Of a stretch of DNA of 64,000 nt, positions 55,762-64,000 are shown piece by piece. Positions within the stretch are counted from its first letter, which is position 1, and each line of letters begins with the position of its first letter. The DNA is from Bacteroidia bacterium (lineage in GTDB: Bacteria > Bacteroidota > Bacteroidia > Flavobacteriales_E > Vicingaceae), in the NCBI GenBank assembly GCA_030429925.1, contig JAUIGQ010000001.1, positions 418 to 64,417 on the forward strand. The letters run 5' to 3'. The notes beneath the pieces were generated by a model. The model worked only from the letters and a program-made list of their open reading frames with translations, was not told the DNA's origin and ran no database searches. The translations under genes and the position numbers were made by a program.

Positions 55762-57129
55762 TTGGCTAAAATCAAAAAAGCATTTTTCTGTCAGAATTGT
55801 GGACATCAAGCATCTAAATGGTTGGGTCAGTGTCCTTCCTGCAAGGAATGGAATACCCTTGTAGAAGAGATTATTCAAAAGGCAGATGATCGGCCTTCTT
55901 CTGTAAGTAAGTCCGCAAAAAGATCAGAAAAAGCTATCCCCATTGGTCAAATTGAAAAACAAGATGAGGTCAGGTATAGATGTCCTGATAGCGAGCTCAA
56001 TAGAGTATTAGGTGGCGGGCTGGTTCCGGGTTCTTTGATCCTATTTGGAGGAGAGCCAGGTATTGGCAAATCAACCTTGTTGCTTCAATTAGCGCTTAAT
56101 TGGCCGGGAATCAAGGTTCTGTATATCAGTGGAGAGGAAAGCAAACAGCAGATCAAACTAAGAGCTGAAAGAATAGGGATCAATAATGAACAATGCCTTC
56201 TCTTGTCAGAAACTTCCATTGAGAACATACTTCAGCAGATAGTGGAGATCGAGCCGGATATTCTCATTGTTGACAGTATTCAAACCATGCATTCTTCCTT
56301 GATCGAATCTTCGGCAGGGAGTATTTCACAGATTAGGGAATGCGCAGCCGACTTGATGCGTTTTTCAAAGGAAAGCAATACTCCTGTTTTTCTGATTGGC
56401 CATATCAATAAGGAAGGCAGCATAGCCGGACCGAAGGTTTTGGAGCATATGGTTGATGTTGTCTTACAGATAGAGGGCGACCGTCATCATATGTATCGAA
56501 TTCTCCGTTCATCGAAAAATAGGTTTGGCCCTACAAATGAGATCGGTATCTATGAGATGAGAGGAAGTGGCTTAGCTCAAGTGGAGAACCCATCTGAAAT
56601 ACTTATTTCCAATAAAGAAGAACAGTTAAGTGGAAGTTGTGTAGCAGCTACCTTGGAAGGACTGAGACCAATGTTAATTGAAGTACAGGCCTTAGTTAGT
56701 TCTGCTGCATACGGCACACCTCAAAGATCCTCTACAGGCTTTGATCTGAGGAGAATGAATATGCTATTGGCTGTATTGGAGAAACGCTCCGGTTTTCGAC
56801 TGGCCACTAAAGATGTGTTCTTAAATATTGCCGGTGGAATCAAAGTGGAAGACCCAGCGATCGATCTGGCAGTAGTTGCAGCTGTGCTTTCGTCTAATGA
56901 AGACATACCATTGAATTCAAAGTATTGCTTTGCAGCTGAGGTTGGTCTTTCAGGCGAAATTAGAGCAGTGAACAAGATAGAACAAAGGATACAAGAGGCT
57001 GAAAAGCTTGGTTTTGAAAAGATTCTTATTTCAAAGTATAACTTAAAAGGACTATCTTCAAAGCCTCAATCAATTGAGATACTTCCCGTTAGTAAGATCG
57101 AGGAGGTATACTCGCATCTATTTGAATAA
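55762..57129 (+). CDS. radA: DNA repair protein RadA/Sms
   Basis: N-terminal zinc finger 'FFCQNCGHQASKWLGQCPSC', Walker A 'GGEPGIGKST', the 'KNRFG' motif and a Lon-like C-terminal domain. TTG start (MAKIKKAF). Confidence 0.95.
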   Translation: MAKIKKAFFCQNCGHQASKWLGQCPSCKEWNTLVEEIIQKADDRPSSVSKSAKRSEKAIPIGQIEKQDEVRYRCPDSELNRVLGGGLVPGSLILFGGEPGIGKSTLLLQLALNWPGIKVLYISGEESKQQIKLRAERIGINNEQCLLLSETSIENILQQIVEIEPDILIVDSIQTMHSSLIESSAGSISQIRECAADLMRFSKESNTPVFLIGHINKEGSIAGPKVLEHMVDVVLQIEGDRHHMYRILRSSKNRFGPTNEIGIYEMRGSGLAQVENPSEILISNKEEQLSGSCVAATLEGLRPMLIEVQALVSSAAYGTPQRSSTGFDLRRMNMLLAVLEKRSGFRLATKDVFLNIAGGIKVEDPAIDLAVVAAVLSSNEDIPLNSKYCFAAEVGLSGEIRAVNKIEQRIQEAEKLGFEKILISKYNLKGLSSKPQSIEILPVSKIEEVYSHLFE

Positions 57130-57740
57130 TGCTAACTCATCCGGCATTTGTGCTCAAGACACTTTATCCTTCCTTGGTTTGGAATATTGAAACCAATGAA
57201 AAGAAGCTCTATTTAACCTTTGATGATGGACCAACAGAAGGGGTAACAGATAAGCTGCTTGACCTGCTAAAGAAGAAGAAGGCCAAGGCAACATTTTTTT
57301 GTGTGGGAAAGAATATTGAAGAGAACCCTGAATTGTACAAGAGGATCCTTGAGGAAGGACATGAGATCGGGAATCATACTTACAATCATAAGAATGGGTG
57401 GACAAGCAATAATCTTGAATACCTAAAGGATGTTCAGGAGTTTTCAAGCCTTCATCAAACCAACTATTTCAGACCTCCTTATGGAAAAATGAAACCTGCA
57501 CAGATCAGTGCTCTAAAGCATAAGTACAAGATCATGATGTGGTCTGCCTTGAGCATGGACTATCATCCAAGAGTCACAAAAGAGCAGTGCTATGAGAATG
57601 CTTCCAAGAAGCTAAAAGAGGGGGATATTCTTTTATTCCATGATAGCAAGAAGGCAAAAGATAAGATGCTCTATGCCGTTGAAAGAATACTGGAAGAAAA
57701 AGGAAGGGAAGGTTATAATTTCTTAAGTCTAAGCAATTGA
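57129..57740 (+). CDS. Polysaccharide deacetylase (CE4) family protein
   Basis: 'LTFDDGP' and '[10 protein letters not shown]' metal-binding motifs. 203 aa. The start overlaps the radA stop (TAATG). Confidence 0.85.
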   Translation: MLTHPAFVLKTLYPSLVWNIETNEKKLYLTFDDGPTEGVTDKLLDLLKKKKAKATFFCVGKNIEENPELYKRILEEGHEIGNHTYNHKNGWTSNNLEYLKDVQEFSSLHQTNYFRPPYGKMKPAQISALKHKYKIMMWSALSMDYHPRVTKEQCYENASKKLKEGDILLFHDSKKAKDKMLYAVERILEEKGREGYNFLSLSN

Positions 57741-58025
57741 CTTGATCTGGGAAACGATCTGATTGGCAGGGACAACACCTGACTGTCTCCATACAGATTG
57801 GCCATTCTTAAATAACATCAAAGTAGGCACCCCACTAATTCGAAAATGAGCTGCTGCCTTTTGATTCTTATCTACATCTATCTTGATGATATGTATATCG
57901 TCTTTGAGTTCTTTTTTAACCTCTTGTAAGATAGGAGGCATCATTTTACAGGGTCCACACCATTCGGCGAAAAAATCAACCAAAACGGGCTTATCTCCAT
58001 TGATTAGGTCTTGAAAATTTGCCAT
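57729..58025 (-). CDS. trxA: Thioredoxin
   Basis: '[14 protein letters not shown]'. 98 aa. No signal peptide. It starts 3 nt after the PorP/SprF stop. Confidence 0.93.
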   Translation of the reverse strand: MANFQDLINGDKPVLVDFFAEWCGPCKMMPPILQEVKKELKDDIHIIKIDVDKNQKAAAHFRISGVPTLMLFKNGQSVWRQSGVVPANQIVSQIKSIA

Positions 58026-58027
58026 GA

Positions 58028-58951
58028 TTACTCTTCGGCGTTCTTGATGGTACTCTTCCTTTCGTTGAACTTAATAGAAAGCATGATCTCGTGAGAGCCA
58101 CTACTATAATTGCCAAGATCCGACTGGATAAAATCATAAGCATAGCCAAAGGAGATACTTTCATTCAAGGTGTAACCTATCAACATAACGATTGCATCGC
58201 TCTTGCGATAAGATGCACCAACCCAAGCCATTTGCTTATAGATCCCTCTTAAACTAAACTCGTATTGAAGGGGAACCGGCTGAACATATTTAAGCATCAT
58301 CGATGGCTCAAGTTCAAAGTTGGAGTTTATCTCATAGGTATATCCCCCAGTAATGAAATAGTGAGAAGTTAACCTGCCTGTTGGGTCTTTGATGGAATTG
58401 TCAAAGTCCAGCTGATTTCTGATCAATTGTGGAGCTGATGCTCCAAAGAAATAGTTTGGTCCGTATAAATAGAAGCTAAAACCTGCATCCGGAAAGAGGT
58501 TATTCTCCTGGGCAGAAGCAAGCACATCATCACCATCTTCACCAAAGGTAATCTCGGTTCCATCTACAGTATATTGAAGTAATCCCCCATTCACTGCTAG
58601 TGACAATTTCAATTCATCATTCAGCTTTAGATGATATGCATAAGATAAGCTAAAGCCATTTCTTCTTGTTGGTCCAGTTACATCTGAGAATACATATCCA
58701 CCAATTCCCATATTTGAGGCTAGTGGACCATTTACACTAAGAATATAGGTAGAAGGTGCATCGGTAATGCCTTCCCATTGATTTCTGTAATTGGTTTGAC
58801 CAACAAAATATTGTTCTGAGCCGGCAGAGGCCGGATTGATCACATATCTATTGAGGATATATTGACTATACTGCGGCAATTGCTGCGCAATACTGCTTTG
58901 GCTAAGAAGCAATACAGTAAGAAACAGAAGCAGTTTTATCGACTTATTCAT
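58028..58951 (-). CDS. PorP/SprF family type IX secretion system membrane protein
   Basis: Signal peptide followed by '[20 protein letters not shown]', the family-typical N-terminus. Beta-barrel-like. 307 aa. It lies immediately downstream of an adhesin with a type-B CTD. Confidence 0.85.
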   Translation of the reverse strand: MNKSIKLLLFLTVLLLSQSSIAQQLPQYSQYILNRYVINPASAGSEQYFVGQTNYRNQWEGITDAPSTYILSVNGPLASNMGIGGYVFSDVTGPTRRNGFSLSYAYHLKLNDELKLSLAVNGGLLQYTVDGTEITFGEDGDDVLASAQENNLFPDAGFSFYLYGPNYFFGASAPQLIRNQLDFDNSIKDPTGRLTSHYFITGGYTYEINSNFELEPSMMLKYVQPVPLQYEFSLRGIYKQMAWVGASYRKSDAIVMLIGYTLNESISFGYAYDFIQSDLGNYSSGSHEIMLSIKFNERKSTIKNAEE

Positions 58952-58954
58952 ACC

Positions 58955-61900
58955 CTATTTTACTATTGTAATTGGTCCGGTGATCGGCTCAAACCTATCG
59001 CTCTTCAGATCGATCACGAAATAATAAGTACCAACCGGTAATGGCTCACCTTTGTAAGTTCCATCCCAAGGCACCTTATATCCATTTCTTTGCTCATACA
59101 TCAATTCACCCCATCTATTGAATACCTGAACAGTAGCGTCAGGGAATTCCTCAAGAGCATCTAAGTTCCATACATCATTCTTTCCATCTCCATTTGGAGT
59201 AATACCAGATGGTATACCCAAGTTTGGACTGTAGATCACAAGCACTGAGTCGATATATTGACATCCATTTGTATCTGTAACCGTTAGAATATAGGTTCTA
59301 TTCTCCCTTGGAGATACGATAGGTTCAACAATGGTTGTATCGGTAATGTCCATTGAAGGTGTCCAATTGTACAGATAGGTAGCATTTTCACCACTCACCT
59401 CAATTGTTGCAACTTCATCCTTGTATAAGGAGATCGGAGAAGTGATATTCACTATAGGAGTTGGCACTACTTCAACCGTATATTCAGTTGTGTCATCACA
59501 AGTTCCGTTCGTTGCAATTAAGAAGAATGTGTGTGTTCCAATACTTCTAAGTATAGTTGTATCTTCTGAAGAGGTGAACAAAGTAGTTGTGTCCGCTAAA
59601 TACCAACCGAATGAAGTAACAGTAGATCCTAAGATGGTTCCATCTAAGTAAATACTATCTCCAGCACAAATCAGGTTGTTCGTAGGTACTTGAGCCACTA
59701 CTGTATCGATCGCTCCAATATTCACTGTAAGATCTCTACTACAGCCTGTGGCATCAGTAACTGTCAATACATTTGGACCGAAACATAGATCAGTAGGATT
59801 GCTTCCTGTTTGTCCTCCGTCCCAGTTGAAAGTATATGGAGCTGTTCCTCCAGTTGCGGAAACATCAGCTTCAGCATCACAGTCGGAGCTGCAATTCACA
59901 ACTGTTGATGAATTCAATGTAAGGATGAGTTCAGGTGGATTGTTCAAGGTAACTGAAACCTCAGCAGAACAGCCATTGGCATCAGTTGCCGTAACACTAT
60001 AAGTTCCTGCGCAAAGGTCAGTGATCGGCACACCATCTGATCCATTGTCCCATGAATATTGATAAAGAATATTTCCTCCAATGGTAGAGATAAAGATCTC
60101 TCCGTCGCAATCACCAAAGCAGCTAATATTCTTAACGATGGATGCACCAAGCTCAATAGAATCCGGCTCATTTACAGTTACCGTTGCATATGATTTACAT
60201 CCGGAAGGTAAGGTGGTAACTTCAAGAATATAATCTCCTGCACAAGCTGCATTATTTAGATCTTGATCCGGTGGAGCAATAGCAGCACCTTGATCATTCA
60301 ACCATTGGAAAGTAAGGCTTGCACTGGCTGTTAAATTGCTGATCAACGATCCATCACAACTACCATGGCAACTTACATCATCAACCACAGGACTTGCAGT
60401 TGTTGGATCACCAAGGTTTGGCAAGTTGATGGTTTTCACTTTTGAACAACCGGAAGCATCTGTTACCGTTACATTGTAAATTCCAGCACATAGGTCTCCT
60501 AGGAAGTTGGTATCAGCTGTTGGAGCAATTGCCCATGAGTAAGTATATGGTCCAATTCCGCCGTTTACATTTAATCCGATAGATCCATCGCAATTAGTAC
60601 CACAGCTGCTTGGGTCTATTGATTCTTGAACAGTTATTTCAGTTGGGGCAGTTATAGTCACTTCTACATTTCTACTACATCCTGCCGCATCTGTGATCAG
60701 AATAAAGTAAGAACCTGCAGTAAGATTGTTCAAGCTATTGGTAGTTGCACCATTGTGAATCCATAGATAAGTGTAAGGTGCAGTTCCTCCAACAGGAGTA
60801 ACAGTTGCTGAACCATCTCTTGCTCCGGCACATGACTCTGCAGTTGCACTAACAATTGCATTGGTTGGGCCACCGGTTGTATTGATGGTAAAGTTGAAGT
60901 TTCTTGAGCATCCATTTGCATCGGAAACTACAAGACTATGGGCACCGCCACAAAGTCCATTTGCTGTGTCAGCTGTAGATCCATTGCTCCATAAGTAAGT
61001 ATATGGTGCAGTTCCTCCGCTTATGCTTACATCGGCAAGACCATTACATTGCCCGCAATCGGCATTTTGAGTATTGAAGCTAGCCAGTAGTTGAGTTGGC
61101 TCACTTACTTGTACTACTTCTGTGGCAATACAACCTGAAGTATTTCTCACTTGAACTGTATAAGTTCCGGCAGAAAGATTTGATATATCTTCAGAGGTCT
61201 GACCCAGACTCAACCAATTGTATGTAAATGGTGAGTTGGCACCGCTAGTTGAGATAAATACTGCTCCATCATTTCCTCCAAAGCAACTAACATCCATGAT
61301 AGAATCAACTGTAATGGATGGTGAATTCAAGTTACCCAATACAGTAGTAAACCTTTGAACACAATTATTATCATCTGTAACTCTTAAGAAATAGGTACCT
61401 GCTGCAATGTTGGATATAGTTGATGAAACCTGTCCTGCGAGCAGATTATTCGCTCCATCAAACCATTGATATTGATAATCAAGTGCTATCGTTCCTCCAC
61501 TAACTGTAGCAGAGATAAAGCCATCAGCTTGATTACAGTTTGCATCAACAGAAGTAAATGTTGCTGTTAATGGATCCGGACTTCCAACAGTATATGTAAT
61601 GATCGTATCACAACCATTATTGTCACTGATGGTTACCGTATAATCAACTGCACATAATCCATTGATTGTTGCAGTTCCTTGTCCGCTTGCTGGGGAAGGA
61701 GACCAGTTGTAGCTATATGGAGCATTTCCGCCAATTAAGCTAATGCTAATTGCTCCATCACAACTGCTATTGCAGCTAACTTCTGTAATAGTTGCATTCA
61801 CAAAGAATTGATCAGGCTGATCGATAGTTACACTTTCAAATGCTCTACAACCACTATTATTAGTAACCCTTACGAAGTAAAGTCCTGCTGAAAGGTTTGA

Positions 61901-64000
61901 TGCGGTTGCTGTTGTTATTCCCAATGGCTGAGCTAGATTGTCGAACCATTCAACGGAACATGGAGCATCAGTACAAATGAAGTTGGCAGTTGCAGTACCG
62001 TCACTTCCTCCAAAGCAGCTAACATCAGTCTTACTCATATTCACGCTTTCAGCGCCAATATCAGAGATAGTTCTTGCAAAGGTTGCAGAACAACCAAGTG
62101 CATCTGAGATCTCAACAAAATAGATACCTGAACATAGGTTGCTTACATTATCGGTATTGCCAATATTGTTGCTAGAGGCATCTGTCCAGCTATAGGTATA
62201 AGGAGCTGTACCGCCATTTGGCACTACGGTGATAGATCCATCACAGATATTACAAGTAGAGTTTACCACTGTAAATGCAGTATCAATTGGAGCAGGACCG
62301 CCTATGGTAACAGAGTCAAGAACAGTACATGAGTTGGCATCTGTTATGGTAACATAATACTTTCCGTTACACAGTTCTATTGCAGTATCAGGCGATGATG
62401 TGATAACTCCCAGTGACCATTGATAAGTGTAAGGAGCAGTTCCTCCAGTTGGACTTACAAATGCTCTTCCCTCGCAAGGATTAGAATTACCACAAAGCTG
62501 ATCTTCACCAACGATATTGGAGACAATTGCATTGGCAGGTGATATATTGAAGGTAATGCTAGTATCACAACCTGCAGCATCAAATATCTGCACTGTATAT
62601 GAACCTGCACATAAGTTTCTTATTTCAGCATTTCCTTGTTGATTATTAGGAGGAGTAGGAGTCCACTGATATGTATAATTGCCAACTCCACCTGTTGGAG
62701 ATACTCTGGCAATACCGTCACAAGCACCAAGACAACTTTCATCACTTGAAGCCTCATTCGGCAAGATTGGAGTACTAGGGTCAATGGTAATATTATCAAC
62801 TGCAGTACAGCCTGTTGAGTTGAGGGTAATAGTCACAAAGTAATCGCCTACGCATAGTCCCGTCACCTGTGCTGTTCCTTGACCTGCTCCCGGAGCCGGT
62901 GACCAATTGAATGAATATCCTGATGTTCCTCCCGGTATTTGAACTTCAGCTGTACCATCACATCCTCCATTACAGCTTTGATCAGTTGAGCTTAGCGTAT
63001 AGTTCAAGGATGCTGTTCCAATATTGAAGGTAACTGTAGTATCACATTGTACAGCATCGGTAATGGTTACAGTATAGACTCCACTGCAAAGTCCAACAAG
63101 GTTCTTGACATTTCCGGCACTATTAGACCAGTTGTATGTATAAGGTGCTTGACCACCTACAGGATCAACTGAAGCTGTTCCATCGCATAGTCCGGTGCAA
63201 GTTTCATTGGTTGATGTTTCATTGGTAATAAAGGTCGATTGAGGAGCAATGGTGAATCCGAGCACGGTATCACATCCATTCGCATCAGTGATAGTTAGGT
63301 TGTAATTACCTGCACATAGAGACCCAATTGAATCTACTCCACTAATGTTAGTGCTTGGACCTGACCAATCAAATGAATAAGGCGCAGTTCCTCCGGTAGG
63401 CTCAGCTTTAGCATAACCTTGGCAAACAGATAGTGCTGAACATCCATCGTCGGCAGTTGTCAAGTTTGGAACTAGAGGCGTTGCCGGCAATATGGTAACC
63501 ACATCTGAAACGATACATCCATTATTAACATCCGTTACTTCAACAAAGTAATCACCAGGACATAGGTTTGAAATAGAAGGCGTAGTTGCTATAAGGGTAT
63601 TTGAAGCATCTCTCCATTCTACCGTACAATCTAGACTTGAAATACAAGGGCTGCTAACGGAAGCTGTTCCATCACAAGCTCCTGCGCAAAGCTCATCTGT
63701 TGAGCTGACAGTAACAGGAAGAGCAGGCCCGTCACTTACACTTACGCTTAGTGTATCAACACAATTATTTTGATCCTCAAGAGCTACGAAATAAACTCCT
63801 GGACATAGATTTCTTGCAGTGTCAGAAGTCTGACTAATTGGTGACTTAGTATTATCTAACCAGTTCAAGTTGATATTGCCTGTTCCACCATTTATTCCAA
63901 ATACGAAGGCTTTACCATCACATACTCCACAAGCAGTCGTGTTGATCGATCCTGTATTTCCTGTGATCAATGCAGGTTCGCCTATAGATATGCTATTAAC
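58955..64000 (-). CDS. Giant SprB-repeat cell-surface adhesin with a T9SS type-B (gliding-motility-associated) C-terminal domain; 5' end lies outside the window
   Basis: The reading frame is open to position 64000 (the ORF-track 'M' at 63970 is an internal TTG). It has about 18 copies of the 'C.G.CDG.A.V...GG..PY.Y.W' SprB-type repeat. The C-terminal 'ITPNGDGKNDVW...FNRWGELMYE...WDGTYKGEPLPVGTYYFVIDL' is the type-B CTD (about 58958-59217). Confidence 0.9.
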   Translation of the reverse strand, partial: VNSISIGEPALITGNTGSINTTACGVCDGKAFVFGINGGTGNINLNWLDNTKSPISQTSDTARNLCPGVYFVALEDQNNCVDTLSVSVSDGPALPVTVSSTDELCAGACDGTASVSSPCISSLDCTVEWRDASNTLIATTPSISNLCPGDYFVEVTDVNNGCIVSDVVTILPATPLVPNLTTADDGCSALSVCQGYAKAEPTGGTAPYSFDWSGPSTNISGVDSIGSLCAGNYNLTITDANGCDTVLGFTIAPQSTFITNETSTNETCTGLCDGTASVDPVGGQAPYTYNWSNSAGNVKNLVGLCSGVYTVTITDAVQCDTTVTFNIGTASLNYTLSSTDQSCNGGCDGTAEVQIPGGTSGYSFNWSPAPGAGQGTAQVTGLCVGDYFVTITLNSTGCTAVDNITIDPSTPILPNEASSDESCLGACDGIARVSPTGGVGNYTYQWTPTPPNNQQGNAEIRNLCAGSYTVQIFDAAGCDTSITFNISPANAIVSNIVGEDQLCGNSNPCEGRAFVSPTGGTAPYTYQWSLGVITSSPDTAIELCNGKYYVTITDANSCTVLDSVTIGGPAPIDTAFTVVNSTCNICDGSITVVPNGGTAPYTYSWTDASSNNIGNTDNVSNLCSGIYFVEISDALGCSATFARTISDIGAESVNMSKTDVSCFGGSDGTATANFICTDAPCSVEWFDNLAQPLGITTATASNLSAGLYFVRVTNNSGCRAFESVTIDQPDQFFVNATITEVSCNSSCDGAISISLIGGNAPYSYNWSPSPASGQGTATINGLCAVDYTVTISDNNGCDTIITYTVGSPDPLTATFTSVDANCNQADGFISATVSGGTIALDYQYQWFDGANNLLAGQVSSTISNIAAGTYFLRVTDDNNCVQRFTTVLGNLNSPSITVDSIMDVSCFGGNDGAVFISTSGANSPFTYNWLSLGQTSEDISNLSAGTYTVQVRNTSGCIATEVVQVSEPTQLLASFNTQNADCGQCNGLADVSISGGTAPYTYLWSNGSTADTANGLCGGAHSLVVSDANGCSRNFNFTINTTGGPTNAIVSATAESCAGARDGSATVTPVGGTAPYTYLWIHNGATTNSLNNLTAGSYFILITDAAGCSRNVEVTITAPTEITVQESIDPSSCGTNCDGSIGLNVNGGIGPYTYSWAIAPTADTNFLGDLCAGIYNVTVTDASGCSKVKTINLPNLGDPTTASPVVDDVSCHGSCDGSLISNLTASASLTFQWLNDQGAAIAPPDQDLNNAACAGDYILEVTTLPSGCKSYATVTVNEPDSIELGASIVKNISCFGDCDGEIFISTIGGNILYQYSWDNGSDGVPITDLCAGTYSVTATDANGCSAEVSVTLNNPPELILTLNSSTVVNCSSDCDAEADVSATGGTAPYTFNWDGGQTGSNPTDLCFGPNVLTVTDATGCSRDLTVNIGAIDTVVAQVPTNNLICAGDSIYLDGTILGSTVTSFGWYLADTTTLFTSSEDTTILRSIGTHTFFLIATNGTCDDTTEYTVEVVPTPIVNITSPISLYKDEVATIEVSGENATYLYNWTPSMDITDTTIVEPIVSPRENRTYILTVTDTNGCQYIDSVLVIYSPNLGIPSGITPNGDGKNDVWNLDALEEFPDATVQVFNRWGELMYEQRNGYKVPWDGTYKGEPLPVGTYYFVIDLKSDRFEPITGPITIVK
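59700..64000 (-). repeat. Tandem, diverged coding repeats of about 75-80 aa (SprB repeat array)
   Basis: A recurrent protein motif (APYTYxW, APYSFDW, GPYTYSW and similar) with recurring DNA strings on the + strand such as 'gcagttcctcc' at 59841, 60781, 61010, 62448 and 63383. Confidence 0.8.

Noticed and set aside
1-64000. Whole-window scan for tRNA, rRNA, CRISPR arrays, transposases or integrases, restriction-modification systems, toxin-antitoxin pairs and phage genes.
   Set aside because: None found. Intergenic space is minimal, and no direct-repeat/spacer arrays or recombinase motifs appear in any listed ORF. By eye, the window is core chromosome plus one glycan island and one adhesin locus.

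Overview
This is a densely packed, AT-rich chromosomal window, about 95% coding, from a gliding member of the Bacteroidota. The evidence for that origin is two kinds of T9SS C-terminal sorting domain, a PorP/SprF gene, a GldH-like lipoprotein, SprB-type repeats, a PSP1 protein with a Cys-rich N-terminus, a type-2 IleRS and TAnnTTTG-like promoter boxes.

Most genes are ordinary housekeeping genes, recognisable from catalytic motifs in the translations: ileS, lspA, asd, pgk, pheS, pyk, rnc, fabF, acpP, purN, glmS, panC, radA, trxA, sod, holB, mrcA and scoAB. I see no rRNA or tRNA genes, no CRISPR array, no transposase or integrase, and no recognisable defence or toxin system.

Four regions look accessory or poorly understood:
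1. A roughly 9.5 kb envelope-glycan island (17.6-27.1 kb) with three large polytopic, possibly GT-C-like membrane proteins, two GT2 enzymes of a type that could charge polyprenyl-phosphate, a SAM methyltransferase and a GH5-like lipoprotein. It has none of the usual Wzx/Wzy or nucleotide-sugar genes. This is my best candidate for undescribed biology in the window.
2. A GxxExxY (PD-(D/E)XK-like) gene cassette bracketed by helically phased inverted heptamer arrays.
3. An ECF sigma factor translationally coupled to a protein that joins an anti-sigma-like N-terminus to an outer-membrane-barrel-like C-terminus.
4. A giant Cys-rich SprB-repeat adhesin (over 1,680 aa, truncated by the window edge) in a string with its PorP/SprF partner and a thioredoxin.

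Smaller curiosities:
- a bacterial iodotyrosine-deiodinase homolog
- a hyper-acidic Met-rich lipoprotein next to sod
- a zinc-ribbon-like insert in PBP1A
- a Cys-depleted DksA-like protein
- repeated overlap of convergent gene ends

All functional calls come from reading motifs by eye. No database search was run.
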